From Patescibacteria group bacterium (GTDB lineage: Bacteria > Patescibacteriota > Microgenomatia > UBA8517), in NCBI GenBank assembly GCA_026416845.1, contig JAOAEL010000006.1, forward strand, positions 390 through 64,389: DNA of 64,000 nucleotides. Direction: 5' to 3'. Below the pieces are notes generated by a model. The model did no database searches. It was not told the DNA's origin and worked only from the letters and a program-made list of their open reading frames with translations. Of the stretch, positions 30,171 through 40,879 are shown piece by piece. The number at the start of each line of letters is the position of its first letter. The stretch's first letter is position 1. The translations under genes were made by a program, and so were the position numbers.

Positions 30171-32599
30171 GCAAATTTTCTATAAAAGAATTTGAGAATC
30201 TCAATCACAAATATTATGCCTAAAGTGAAAGCAAAAATAGTAAACCAATAATTAAAAGGGACAAAGACAATACCAAAAAAACTTCTCAAATCATCTGTGG
30301 CAAGCGGCAGAAATAAAATTAACCAACCTGCCAATACCGCAAACAATAACCATTTATTCTCCAAAAAATTCTGATCCCAAACAGGCCTTGCCAAAGATCT
30401 AACAGCAAAAACATAAATCAAGGAATTTGCTCCAAGAGAAAGATATGCTATTGATTGAGCAAGTCTAAGATCTCCTGTTTGAATGTATTCCCAATAAAAA
30501 AGCGCTAAAGAAAAAATCCCTGAAGTCACACTAACTATACCAATAATAACTTTCATCCAACCGGCAACAAGTGGCTCTTTTGCAGATCTTGGGGGATCGT
30601 GCATAATTCCTTTGTGTTTAGCGTCAATTGTAAGAGCAAGACCGGGAAAACCATTTGTTACTAAATTTATCCACAAGATTTGCCCGGCTGTAACCGGTAT
30701 AGGAAGCCCAACAATCAACGCTCCCAAAACAGCAGTGATAGCGTTAAAAGCGCTACTCATCAAATAAATTATCACTTTTCGCAGATTGTCATAAACAACA
30801 CGTCCTTCCTCTATCGCGGCAATTACCGTCTCAAACCTAGAATCAAGCAAAACCAAATCTGCCGATTCTTTGGCCACATCAGTGGCTTCTCCAACCACAA
30901 TTCCTATATCGGCGCGGTTTAAGGCAGGAGCGTCATTTACACCATCGCCCATCATGGCTACAACTTCTCCTGCCGCTTTAAGAGCTTCAACTATCTTAAG
31001 TTTTTGATCCGGAGTTGTGCGCGCAAAAAGTTTAACTTTTCTAATTTTTCTGGCAAGCTCCTCCTCTGACAAATCGTCAAGTTCTTCCCCTGTGATCACT
31101 TCATCCTCATAAACTTCAACGCCTATTTGTTTCATGACAAATTTTGCAGTTTGGGCATAATCTCCAGTGATAACAATTATCCTAATGCCGGCATTTATTG
31201 CCTTGGCAATTGATCTTGAGACATCCAACCTTACAGGATCAGTAAAAGCTATCAATCCCACCCACTCTAAATTAGAAATCACAAATTCATGTTTAATCTT
31301 TGAAACTTTTTTATCCACCTTCTTGCGCGCCATGCCTATTACTCTTATCCCTTTTGAAGTAAGTTCGTTTATCCGCAAATGCCAATTCTCGATATCTTTT
31401 TTACTTAAATCAGCCCATTTTATTAAATAATCAGGAGCACCATTCACAAAAATCATGTTGTGTTTCTCATCCCAACTTACAAGGCTGGCTGAATATCTTA
31501 TCTCCGAAGAAAAAGGAACAGTGTCTAGCCTTTGATACTTTGCGATCAAATCCGAATGATTGCCAATGTGACTTTTAGACCACTCATAAAGAGATATGAC
31601 AATAGGATCGTCCAAATCATTTGCTACAACCGCCTGCAGGGCAATTTCTTTTTTGTCTCCAAAAACATCCACCACTTGCAAAACCCCCTTCGTAATAGTC
31701 CCAGTTTTATCAAGACAAATTGTCGTGACACCTCCCAAAGTCTCAGCAGACAAAAGCCGTTTTACTAAACCTTTTTTCTTAAGTATCCTCTGCATAGAAA
31801 TAGCCAAAATAACGGTAAGCCCAACCAAAAGGCCTTCAGGTATAGCAGATACAGCAAGGGCAACAGAAGTCATAAGCATGGTTTTAATGTCATTTCCCTT
31901 TAAAATGCCAATTACAAAGACAAAAGCCGTAAGCGTCAAAATCAAAAAGACCAATTGTGTGGCAAATTTTGTCAGTTGCTTCTTAAGTGGAGTTTCTTCA
32001 TGGGGTTCCTGAATCTCAAGAGCTATCGCCCCCATTTTGGTATTTTTACCAGTTTTTAAAACTTTGATAATTCCCCTACCAGCGGTTAATATAGTTCCCA
32101 TAAAACACTCAGAGCCAGTCTCTTTTGAAATTGGGACACTCTCTCCTGTAAGCATTGATTCGTTGACAAACACTCTGTTTGCTTCCAAAAAAATTCCATC
32201 TGCTGGAATACGCTCGCCCTGATTGACCACAACAACATCGCCAGGCACTATTTCTGAAGATTTGATTTTTATTTCCTTTCCATCACGCACAACAATGCTT
32301 TGAGGATTTATCAATTTCTTAAGCGCATTAAGAGAGTTTGCGGCTCTTTTTTCCTGAAAAAAAGATAAGATAGTGTTTATCAAAATGGCAAGCAAAATAA
32401 TCAAAGTGTCGTTATATTTTTGAAGAAAGAAGGTCAAAATTGATGCAAAAATCAAAACATATATAAGAGGATTGGCAAGCTGGGAAACAAATATTGAAAA
32501 ATTTGAAGGCGGGGGCGATTCTGGCAGGATGTTTGGCCCAAATTTGGCAAGCAAGTTTCTGGCTTGTTTATAGGTAAGGCCGGTGTGTTTTAAGTGCAT
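30167..32599 (-). CDS. P-type cation-transporting ATPase (type IIA Ca2+-ATPase-like)
   Basis: ICLDKTGTIT phosphorylation motif, TGDYAQTA, GDGVNDAPAL, PEGL in M4; 810 aa. Confidence 0.9.
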   Translation of the reverse strand: MHLKHTGLTYKQARNLLAKFGPNILPESPPPSNFSIFVSQLANPLIYVLIFASILTFFLQKYNDTLIILLAILINTILSFFQEKRAANSLNALKKLINPQSIVVRDGKEIKIKSSEIVPGDVVVVNQGERIPADGIFLEANRVFVNESMLTGESVPISKETGSECFMGTILTAGRGIIKVLKTGKNTKMGAIALEIQEPHEETPLKKQLTKFATQLVFLILTLTAFVFVIGILKGNDIKTMLMTSVALAVSAIPEGLLVGLTVILAISMQRILKKKGLVKRLLSAETLGGVTTICLDKTGTITKGVLQVVDVFGDKKEIALQAVVANDLDDPIVISLYEWSKSHIGNHSDLIAKYQRLDTVPFSSEIRYSASLVSWDEKHNMIFVNGAPDYLIKWADLSKKDIENWHLRINELTSKGIRVIGMARKKVDKKVSKIKHEFVISNLEWVGLIAFTDPVRLDVSRSIAKAINAGIRIIVITGDYAQTAKFVMKQIGVEVYEDEVITGEELDDLSEEELARKIRKVKLFARTTPDQKLKIVEALKAAGEVVAMMGDGVNDAPALNRADIGIVVGEATDVAKESADLVLLDSRFETVIAAIEEGRVVYDNLRKVIIYLMSSAFNAITAVLGALIVGLPIPVTAGQILWINLVTNGFPGLALTIDAKHKGIMHDPPRSAKEPLVAGWMKVIIGIVSVTSGIFSLALFYWEYIQTGDLRLAQSIAYLSLGANSLIYVFAVRSLARPVWDQNFLENKWLLFAVLAGWLILFLPLATDDLRSFFGIVFVPFNYWFTIFAFTLGIIFVIEILKFFYRKFA

Positions 32600-32769
32600 A
32601 CATCACATGCTAACATAGGTTAAAGATTAAATGTAAAAACAAAAATTTGGCAATTAATTTTTAGCTAAATTCATTAAATTTGTGTTCTTTGCAATCAGTT
32701 TAGTTCTCAATTTGCAACTCTCATTTTTCTAAGGTACAACTTAGTCAGTTAGTTTCAAAAATTGACAAC

Positions 32770-33420
32770 ATGAAAGATGACATAGATTATCCTTTTGGGC
32801 GTTTGCCACCAGATAATGTATCTGAAACCGAATACCGTCAATCGATTGAAAATCTTAGGGAATTTGCCAAAATGGACTTGTCAGAAATTCAAACATTGGA
32901 AGACTTATCCGCTCATGCTTCTTTAGTAGGAAGTGATATAAAAAAAGTTATCTTAACAGCAGGCAAAATACAAACAACAGACTTCACTTATAAAAAACCG
33001 GACATTGTTTTAGAAGAAGATGTTCAAGTAAAAGCAAGAGACCAAGTATGGGTTATCAGAGAAAAATTATCTGACGGTACGTACATATTCGCGACATCCT
33101 CTAGAGAATTAACTTACATTACTAGGTATACATTCAATGAAAATAACCAACAGATATCCTTATATACAGTAAATTTGCCTGCAGATAGGGATATTTGTTC
33201 TTCGAGGAATGAAATAATAAATATGTCTACAAATGCAGTAGATTGGAGGTGGGGACAACCCAAATCTTTTTATCCTGTTAATAACCCGAATGATCCCATG
33301 CATCAACAAGAATTTGCAAGAGTTTTGCAGGACGCTATAAAAGATTTGTTATCTGTCATACCAGATGATCAATCGTCAGACTCTGATGTACCTGAACCTT
33401 TTAGAAAGATAAGATTTTAG
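32770..33420 (+). CDS. hypothetical protein
   Basis: 216-aa ORF with coherent translation. Confidence 0.5.
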   Translation: MKDDIDYPFGRLPPDNVSETEYRQSIENLREFAKMDLSEIQTLEDLSAHASLVGSDIKKVILTAGKIQTTDFTYKKPDIVLEEDVQVKARDQVWVIREKLSDGTYIFATSSRELTYITRYTFNENNQQISLYTVNLPADRDICSSRNEIINMSTNAVDWRWGQPKSFYPVNNPNDPMHQQEFARVLQDAIKDLLSVIPDDQSSDSDVPEPFRKIRF

Positions 33421-33445
33421 TTTTGGCATAACAGCCTTATAATTA

Positions 33446-35161
33446 TCAATTCTTTTGCAACTTAAACAACTTCTTGATCTCATTAACTGTAGTTACCTGA
33501 CTTGCAGATTTGTCATCCCTAAATCTAACAAGCCTTGGAAACCTTAAAGCATACCCTGCTGTATGTTTAGGTGAAATTGTAAGATCATCTCCGGCAAGCT
33601 CCACAATTATCTGAGGATCAACCCAATAATCAGGCGTCAGATCCTTGTGAACTTCATACACCTCCGGTTTGTCTTTTACTACCAATGGTTTAAGTCGCAT
33701 GGCTAATTGCTTAAACTGCTCATCGGTAAGTCCAGTGCCTACTTTGGTAATTGTTTTGTATCTGCCTTTATCCAAAACTCCAGCTAAAAATTGGCCAATG
33801 CCAAACTCTACCCTTTTCCCAAAACCTACGGTAAAACCCATAATCACAGCGTCAATCGTATCTGGCAGTTTGCCAATCGCGCTTTCGTCCTCTTTCATCT
33901 TTACCCAATTCCATCCAGTCCTGCCCGGAATGTACTTGCTATTTAATTTCTTGACTATGATTCCCTCAAGTCCTTCTTCTATGTACTTTTTGTGAAGCTT
34001 TAAGATAACAGCAGGATCTTTGGTTATAACATTTTCATCAATTCTCAAAATTTTGCCATTTTTTATGATTTTTTTTAAAACTTCACGGCGAACACTATAA
34101 GGCTCTTGCATCAGATTCCTACCATCAGCATATAAAACGTCAAAAACCTGAAAGCTAATTGGTGTTTTGCTTTTGACATTTGCTATATCATGCTTTCTGC
34201 GTCTTTGCATGGTTGTCTGAAAGTCAGCTATCTTAAGCATATCTTCATCCATGCCAACAGCTTCGGTATCCAGTATCACCTCATCAACGCTTAAATATTT
34301 GTCAATCTCAAAAAGTTCAGGAAACATAAAAGATATATCTTTTAAATTTCGCGTAAAAACCGCCAATACTTTTTTAGGTTTTGAATAATGAATAATTGAT
34401 CTTAATCCATCAAACTTTGGTTCCACTGAAACCTCTCCCATCTTTTCAATCATCTCATCTGGACTTTTTAGTCTTTGACAAAGCATGGGCATTACTGGAA
34501 TCCCAACAATTGGAGAAAGATTGCCAGTAGCTTTTTTGATACCAAATCTTTTAATTTTTTCCGCTAAAGCGCCAACATCCGGAACCACCTCATAAGCTTT
34601 TGTTATCAATTTTGACTTTTCCTTACTACCTTCTACCATCCATGAAAGAGCATCAATAATTGTTTTTTCAGAAAAACCAAGCCTTAACTTGCCAACAGGG
34701 ATTCGAGCCAGGTACTTAACAGAGAGAGGATCCATATTAGATAAAACCATTGACAGTTTGTCTATCTTCCGTTCAATGCTTCCCTGTCCGGAATCGTTTG
34801 CGATATCAAAAAACCGCAAATAAACATCGGTTACACTTAATCCTGTGTCTTTCGAATTTGCCTTTACGGCATAAGTATATGCAGTTTCTCCAATATCGCC
34901 AGTTTTTTTATATTCATTAAACACATCATTGATTTGTTTCTGGTAAGCCTTGGCAATTGCGGCAATCATAGTTTTATCCGCAACATTAAAAACCACACCT
35001 TTGTAAGAAGCGGCAAGCTCGCCCAAAATTAAATAAGTTGCTTGGCCTATCTCATCAGCTTCCAGTTTGGAAAACAAATCAGCTAGTATAATGGTAATTT
35101 TGTTGCGAGATTTTGTGCTTTCTAACTTTTGAAGGAACAAAGACAAATCCGCAAATTTCAT
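33446..35161 (-). CDS. ATP-dependent DNA ligase
   Basis: Motif I EPKFDGLRS (KxDGxR), motif-V-like EGIIVKK, OB-fold C-terminus; 571 aa. Confidence 0.9.
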   Translation of the reverse strand: MKFADLSLFLQKLESTKSRNKITIILADLFSKLEADEIGQATYLILGELAASYKGVVFNVADKTMIAAIAKAYQKQINDVFNEYKKTGDIGETAYTYAVKANSKDTGLSVTDVYLRFFDIANDSGQGSIERKIDKLSMVLSNMDPLSVKYLARIPVGKLRLGFSEKTIIDALSWMVEGSKEKSKLITKAYEVVPDVGALAEKIKRFGIKKATGNLSPIVGIPVMPMLCQRLKSPDEMIEKMGEVSVEPKFDGLRSIIHYSKPKKVLAVFTRNLKDISFMFPELFEIDKYLSVDEVILDTEAVGMDEDMLKIADFQTTMQRRRKHDIANVKSKTPISFQVFDVLYADGRNLMQEPYSVRREVLKKIIKNGKILRIDENVITKDPAVILKLHKKYIEEGLEGIIVKKLNSKYIPGRTGWNWVKMKEDESAIGKLPDTIDAVIMGFTVGFGKRVEFGIGQFLAGVLDKGRYKTITKVGTGLTDEQFKQLAMRLKPLVVKDKPEVYEVHKDLTPDYWVDPQIIVELAGDDLTISPKHTAGYALRFPRLVRFRDDKSASQVTTVNEIKKLFKLQKN

Positions 35162-35164
35162 AAA

Positions 35165-35368
35165 TTAAGTTTGCGAAGTGAGGTAATTTGAGAAAAAAAG
35201 GTATGCAAAAACAACAGCGCCGATAAACAAAATGCCAAATACTACACTTATTACTCCACCAGCCTCTTGATGGGCAATTTTATTTAATCCGTCTCCTACA
35301 AGAGTTAATCCAAACATGCTTGGCAAAACAAGTATCATATACAAAAACTGAGGGTCAGTAGGTACCAT
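35165..35368 (-). CDS. small hydrophobic protein (67 aa)
   Basis: Two predicted TM helices; 4-nt spacing to ligase gene. Confidence 0.35.
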   Translation of the reverse strand: MVPTDPQFLYMILVLPSMFGLTLVGDGLNKIAHQEAGGVISVVFGILFIGAVVFAYLFFSNYLTSQT

Positions 35369-35415
35369 ACCAGTAAGCTATTATAATACAAAAAATGCTA
35401 TTTCAAAATTCAATA

Positions 35416-36480
35416 TCACTTGCTATTTAGCACATATCTGCTTGCTTTTGTGCTTCCCTGTTTTTTGATTATTCCTTTTTGCAAAAGCTGCCTTAAATCG
35501 CGCAAAATTGTGTCTTCTGAAACCATTGGCAATACTTTTTTAAGTTCTATCATGCCAGCACTACCTTGTCCCGATAGGTATTCTACTAATTTCATCTGCC
35601 TTTCAGTAAGAGCAACTTGTTCTCCAATTTTGCCTTTCAGGTGGGAATCAACAGAAATCTTGCGCACTTTTTCTTTTATTTTTGTAAGCTCAATCGCTAC
35701 AACAGAAGTAAAGTACTCCAACCAATAAGTAAGATCTCTATCCTGTATATTTGGGGATTGCTCATCCACTTTTGCAAACGCTTCATAGTAAGCACCTAAA
35801 TCATTGTCAAAATGCTCTTCCAGCGCAAAAAAACGTTTGATATTGTAACCTTCTTTTAGAAGAACTAAATTAGCAAATGCACGCGTAGTGCGGCCATTGC
35901 CTTCCACAAAAGGATGAATTGAAACCAAAATGTAATGAGCAATTCCGGCACGCAAAACAGGATGTATCTCTTTTGCAGAAGGACTATTAAACCATTCAAA
36001 AAAATCATCAATGAGATACGGAACTTCAGCATAAGGAGGGGGGGCTAAAATGATTTTCCCGGTGTTTTCTTCTTTGATAACAACATGACTTTTTCTCAAA
36101 ACACCTGCCTTTTCTGGATCAACTATTTTTTCCACTGTTTTTTTGTGAATATCCAAAAGCATTTGCAAATCGTAATCCCTCTTCTGTTCAAGCAGTTCGT
36201 CTAAAAACTTGGCAACATTTCTGTAATTTATGACTTCCTGTATATCCCGCTCATGAGCGGTTACCTCAAACCCTTCCATAACTTTTCTAGTTTGTTCAAG
36301 CGAAAGCTCATTGCCCTCTATGTGTGTGCCGTGATAGATAGTTCTTGTAATAGCGTCGGTTTGAAATTGCTTCTCATAAAGAGGAACAAGTGGCGCATTC
36401 TCCACAACTTCACGCGCCGCCTCTATGGTGCCTATGTTTTTTAAAATCTTGTTTGTTATAGTGTACTTTGGTATCAACAT
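35416..36480 (-). CDS. Fic/DOC family protein (AMPylator-type) with C-terminal winged-helix domain
   Basis: HPFVEGNGRTTRAF = Fic motif HPFx(D/E)GNGRxxR. Confidence 0.85.
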   Translation of the reverse strand: MLIPKYTITNKILKNIGTIEAAREVVENAPLVPLYEKQFQTDAITRTIYHGTHIEGNELSLEQTRKVMEGFEVTAHERDIQEVINYRNVAKFLDELLEQKRDYDLQMLLDIHKKTVEKIVDPEKAGVLRKSHVVIKEENTGKIILAPPPYAEVPYLIDDFFEWFNSPSAKEIHPVLRAGIAHYILVSIHPFVEGNGRTTRAFANLVLLKEGYNIKRFFALEEHFDNDLGAYYEAFAKVDEQSPNIQDRDLTYWLEYFTSVVAIELTKIKEKVRKISVDSHLKGKIGEQVALTERQMKLVEYLSGQGSAGMIELKKVLPMVSEDTILRDLRQLLQKGIIKKQGSTKASRYVLNSK

Positions 36481-36558
36481 GCAATTTAATTAAATTCTTA
36501 TAAACTTTATTTTAATTTTATGTTTATAATATAACGCAATTTTTACGGTAATAAAATA

Positions 36559-36816
36559 GTGATGGAAAGACCAATAAATATAAACGATCTGGAATTGATC
36601 CGACAATATCTTGCAAGACTATTTGTTTTAACAATTTCTGAATCCTTTCGCTATTCTCCCAAACTTATCTCAGCCCAAATTCAAGCAATAAATGCTTTAA
36701 TAGATTTGATTGAAAGCAGACCAGACTTCATAAATCCTGAGTTGTTAAAAGAACTACAAATAAGAGCAATTCAATTTAAGGATAATCAAGATTCAGATAA
36801 ATCAACTGAATTGTAA
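36559..36816 (+). CDS. small hypothetical protein (85 aa)
   Basis: ORF divergent from fic; no family. Confidence 0.3.
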   Translation: MMERPININDLELIRQYLARLFVLTISESFRYSPKLISAQIQAINALIDLIESRPDFINPELLKELQIRAIQFKDNQDSDKSTEL

Positions 36817-36846
36817 AAATTGTTAGTGGTAATTGCCAAAAAATAA

Positions 36847-37968
36847 TCAATTCAAATTAATCATATTAACAATTTCTATCCCTTTAAAATCTTCAACATA
36901 ATGATAATCTGCAGTAGTCATTATTGTTTGCTGGTTTCTCATTGTTGACATAACAATATCACGATGTCCATGATCTAATTCCGATAAAATGTCATCAAGT
37001 AAAAGCACCGGTCTTTCTTTAGCAACTTTTTCTATAAATGCCAACTCCGCTAACTTTAACCACAAAACTCCCATTCTTTGCTCCCCTCGACTCCCATAAA
37101 AAGCCAGATCAAAGGCATCATCTGAAATTTTGGAATTCAAAATCAAAAATCGAAAATCATCCCTATGTGGTCCTACTAAAGTTGTGGCTGAAGCAACCTC
37201 TTCCTTTTTGTATTGCTCAAGTCTAGATTCAGAAATAACGCTTTTGTCATAATACAATTGGTATATACAATCAGTTAACTGATTTGCCGAATTTACAAAT
37301 TCTATAAACTCTGCTCTTTTTCTAGTAATATACTCTCCATTGCGAATCAAAAGCTGATTCCAAAAAATAAGCTGGTTTCTTGATATTCCTTCTTCTCTAA
37401 TTCTAAAAAGCAATTTATTTCTTTGACGCAAAGCTTTCTCATAAGCAATAACGCACCTTCTGTACTCGCGATCAGTTTGAGAAATCACCAAATCCAAAAA
37501 ACTTCTTCTTGCGCCTGGCGGATCTGTAACCAAGTTCATATCCCAAGGACCAAATAAAACAACTTTCAACCTTCCAGTAAAATCAATCAGTCTTTTAGTA
37601 GTGCCATCAATCAAAAGCCTTTTTTTTGGTGTTTTGCGCGGCACAGATGTACCTAACTCCAAAAAACCGCGAGTTAAAATAACCTCTAAATTTTCAACAT
37701 CGTCTAAATCATTGTTCGATAAATTGTTGCTATAAGCCCTAAAGCTTACTGTTCCCTTTATTTTAGATAATTCTTCTCCAATCATTATCATCTCTTCTTC
37801 ACGATTTGCTTTCAAGCTTTTGCCGGTCGAAAGCAAAAAAATACTTTCCAGTAAATTTGTTTTTCCTGACGCGTTATCACCAATTATGAAATTAATTTTG
37901 TCTGAAAAATTAAAGGTATTTTTTTTATGATTTCTAAAATTAAGCAAAGACAATGTCCTAAGAATCAT
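36847..37968 (-). CDS. recF: DNA replication and repair protein RecF
   Basis: LSLLNFRNHKK…INFIIGDNASGKTNLLESI (RecF Walker A region), SMC-like signature region near C-terminus. Confidence 0.85.
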   Translation of the reverse strand: MILRTLSLLNFRNHKKNTFNFSDKINFIIGDNASGKTNLLESIFLLSTGKSLKANREEEMIMIGEELSKIKGTVSFRAYSNNLSNNDLDDVENLEVILTRGFLELGTSVPRKTPKKRLLIDGTTKRLIDFTGRLKVVLFGPWDMNLVTDPPGARRSFLDLVISQTDREYRRCVIAYEKALRQRNKLLFRIREEGISRNQLIFWNQLLIRNGEYITRKRAEFIEFVNSANQLTDCIYQLYYDKSVISESRLEQYKKEEVASATTLVGPHRDDFRFLILNSKISDDAFDLAFYGSRGEQRMGVLWLKLAELAFIEKVAKERPVLLLDDILSELDHGHRDIVMSTMRNQQTIMTTADYHYVEDFKGIEIVNMINLN

Positions 37969-37987
37969 CGTTACTAGTAAATCTAAA

Positions 37988-38884
37988 TCAAATTTTTATT
38001 AAAGATTGATTGTGTTTTATAAACTTAAGAAGGATTTCAACCTTACCTTTGAATGTTTTCTGGTTAGAAATTTCTTTAAACAATCTTTTGAAATCCTCGG
38101 TTTCTAATTTTTTATCTTTTTTATCTTGATTAAATAAATGCCCTCCCATTTTATATTCTAAAGATTTTCTTTTACTGCCATTTATTTCATCTTGAAAATT
38201 TATATCCAAATAATTTTTAATCGTTTTTAAGTGCCCAATTTTTTTATATCTTCGCATGGAAAAAATATACCTTGGCTCTTTGAATATGAGAAATTCAAGA
38301 CCTTTTTTGATCGCAGCCCTTACAAACATTTTGTCCTCTGAAGGTATAAATTCCGTGTCAAAACCTCCAATTTTATAAAAACCTTCATTTGTCACACCAA
38401 TCATGGCTCCTTGAGCGGATGGTTTTTCTAAAAATTGAGCAATTTCTAAAACGGCATTTATTGATTGCGTCACTAATTTATCGCCCGCATTATTTGTGTC
38501 CGGTTCGCAATATGTGGTAAAAATATCGCATTTTGTTTTTGCAATTTGATACCTGATTCCATCTAAAAAATAATCTGGCAGTCTATTGTCCGCATCCATA
38601 AAAATTATCCATTTGCCAATCGCAGATTTCGCTCCCAAATTTCTCTGATATGAAACATTGCGTCTGTCGCTTTGCAAAATAGTAAATTTTTTAAATTTAG
38701 ACTTAAACTTACTGCTTTCCTCAACTGTTTTGTCTTCTGAATTGCCATCAACAACAATCACTTGAAAATCAGAGTAAGTCTGCGAAGAAAGGTCAACCAA
38801 AAGATTAGGAAGATATTTTTCTTCGTTCAAAGCAGGAATTACCACTGAGAAAAAAACATTTACCTTTTTTGGCATATCTTGCAT
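37988..38884 (-). CDS. family 2 glycosyltransferase
   Basis: FSVVIPALNEEKYLPNLLVDLSSQTY…VIVVDGNSEDKT and later DAD/DxD region. Confidence 0.8.
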   Translation of the reverse strand: MQDMPKKVNVFFSVVIPALNEEKYLPNLLVDLSSQTYSDFQVIVVDGNSEDKTVEESSKFKSKFKKFTILQSDRRNVSYQRNLGAKSAIGKWIIFMDADNRLPDYFLDGIRYQIAKTKCDIFTTYCEPDTNNAGDKLVTQSINAVLEIAQFLEKPSAQGAMIGVTNEGFYKIGGFDTEFIPSEDKMFVRAAIKKGLEFLIFKEPRYIFSMRRYKKIGHLKTIKNYLDINFQDEINGSKRKSLEYKMGGHLFNQDKKDKKLETEDFKRLFKEISNQKTFKGKVEILLKFIKHNQSLIKI

Positions 38885-39732
38885 ATATAAGTTCCTCTAC
38901 CGGCTAGAAAATATTTCTCAAATTCTGATTTTTTACATCTTGGACATTTTTTACCATTTCTGCCATACGCCAAAGTATGATTCTGATAACTTCCCTCTTG
39001 ACCATCAGGAGTAACAAAAGCAAGTTCAGACGCCCCACCGGCTTCAATTCCTTTTTTCAAAACAGCAATAATCGCATCGTAAAGCGTTTTTACCTCATTA
39101 TCGCTTAATTTTCCAGCTTGTCTTTCAGGATGAATACCGGCAAGCCATAAAGCGTCATTTGCGTAAATGTTGCCAATCCCGCCTATTTTTGACTGATCCA
39201 TCAAAAGAGTTTTAATTACCCTTTTGCTTTTTGCAAGAATACCCTTAAACTTTTCATATGTCAAAAGTGCAGGTTTACCATCTTGTCTACCAAACGGTTC
39301 GGGTCCTAATTTACCCACAAAGCCAATGTTTTCAACCTCTTTTGTGTTTACAACTTTAATCCACCCAAAAAGACGAACATCGTTATAGTACAAAAAACTA
39401 TTTTCATCCAGAACAAATACAACATGCGTGTGTTTCCCTGGAACCCCTCCAACCACTTTCCTAGAAAGAGAAGGTGGATTAGGCAAATTTCTGCCTCTAT
39501 ATATCAGCTGACCTGTAAGCTTAATATGGACCACTAAGGACTTGCTATTGGATAAATCAAGAGAGAGAACCTTGGCAAACCGTCGAACACTAACAAAACT
39601 TGTATCAACAATATCCTCTCTTTTGCCTTCAAAAACACTAGGTGTGTGAATTATTAGGTCAACTATTCTGTGCCCTAATAAGTACTTCTCTAACTGTACC
39701 TTTATTGACTCAACTTCAGGTAGCTCAGGCAT
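38860..39732 (-). CDS. mutM: formamidopyrimidine-DNA glycosylase (Fpg/MutM)
   Basis: Canonical N-terminus MPELPEVE (catalytic Pro2), C-terminal zinc finger CPRCKK…CKICQ; start moved to 39732 (track ORF extends to 39759). Confidence 0.9.
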   Translation of the reverse strand: MPELPEVESIKVQLEKYLLGHRIVDLIIHTPSVFEGKREDIVDTSFVSVRRFAKVLSLDLSNSKSLVVHIKLTGQLIYRGRNLPNPPSLSRKVVGGVPGKHTHVVFVLDENSFLYYNDVRLFGWIKVVNTKEVENIGFVGKLGPEPFGRQDGKPALLTYEKFKGILAKSKRVIKTLLMDQSKIGGIGNIYANDALWLAGIHPERQAGKLSDNEVKTLYDAIIAVLKKGIEAGGASELAFVTPDGQEGSYQNHTLAYGRNGKKCPRCKKSEFEKYFLAGRGTYICKICQKR

Positions 39733-40002
39733 CAACAAATTATACAACAACAAAGCCAAAGTTTACCTTTTTAACTTCGTTTAGCTTTTTCCTTGGACTC
39801 TAACACAAAAAGCACCTGCCTGCCATAAATTCCGTAAAACTCAATATTAGACCATTCGTAAACAAAGACAGGGTACCAACCCTTGTCTGCAAAAATTTTA
39901 ATTCATTCACTAGTAATCTTTAAAGATGCTCGTAAAACTCAAAATTGCCAACCATATCTCGTAAAGAAACCAAAAATTTTTCTAATTTGTTTATGTAATG
40001 AA

Positions 40003-40409
40003 TTTAAGTATTTTCTATAATTATAATTCGTTTAGAAATACGCATAGCTTCGTCTAAAACTCTAATCGAATCTTTAGAATGATACAAAATACAAACAATC
40101 AAAGCATAATCAAATTCTTTATCGCCAAGGCATGTTAAACCCGTCATATAAAATTGGTACAACATCTGGATATAAAGAGGTTATATCCACGTCGATATCA
40201 ACAACCTCAAAATTAGCTTATTTATTTATCTTGAATAAGGAACCCACACCTACACCAACATCAAGTATTCTCTTCCCACTTAAATACCTTGCAAATTTTT
40301 TAAATCTATCTCTTGCATTTTTCTCCATCAAAAACCTGCTTGTGGCAAGCAATATTTTGCCTAACAAACTCCTCCTTTTGCAAAGTTTAACAATTGCCCT
40401 AGCTGGCAT
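40003..40409 (-). pseudogene. class I SAM-dependent methyltransferase, disrupted by an in-frame stop and a frameshift
   Basis: 63-aa ORF ends …RILDVGVGVGSLFKINK* (motif I). The same frame continues after TAA as ANFEVVDIDVDITSL (motif II-like), then a shifted frame encodes …KEFDYALIVCILYHSKDSIRVLDEAMRISKRIIIIENT*. Confidence 0.5.
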
Positions 40410-40879
40410 AAGATTGTGTAAGTGCTACAAAGCAATCTGAAAACAGAAAACACCTTCCTGAACAACAACAATCAAAAACTTGCCCAAAGGCACTTTGATA
40501 CAAAAACCCTCGCCAACTTACAAAAGTAAATAAAGTAAAACAAACATCAATTTATTATCTTCAAAAAAACAAACTAAACATCCAAATCAATATACGGCAA
40601 TGTCTCAGTAAGTAAGTAAAACACAATAAGATTTTGTTTGTTCCAATAACTTCGTGCACAAACTTAAACCCTCTCACCAAATTTGCGTTAGCCAACTCTG
40701 CTAAAACTAAACCGGTCAAAACCCTTGCTAGTAAAATTTCTTTACTCTTAAGGCAATTTGCTGTTGCCTATTCTGAATTAAACCTTGTTTCAAAAACATC
40801 ATTGAGAATTCTCCAGCACCCCTTGCGATTTACAAAAACCAAAAAGCTTGCTAGATACCCTCTTATCAGAGTTCTCTTG

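Noticed and set aside
30680-32222. Multiple plus-strand ORFs inside the P-type ATPase
   Set aside because: Antisense to a gene with DKTGT/GDGVNDAPAL motifs.
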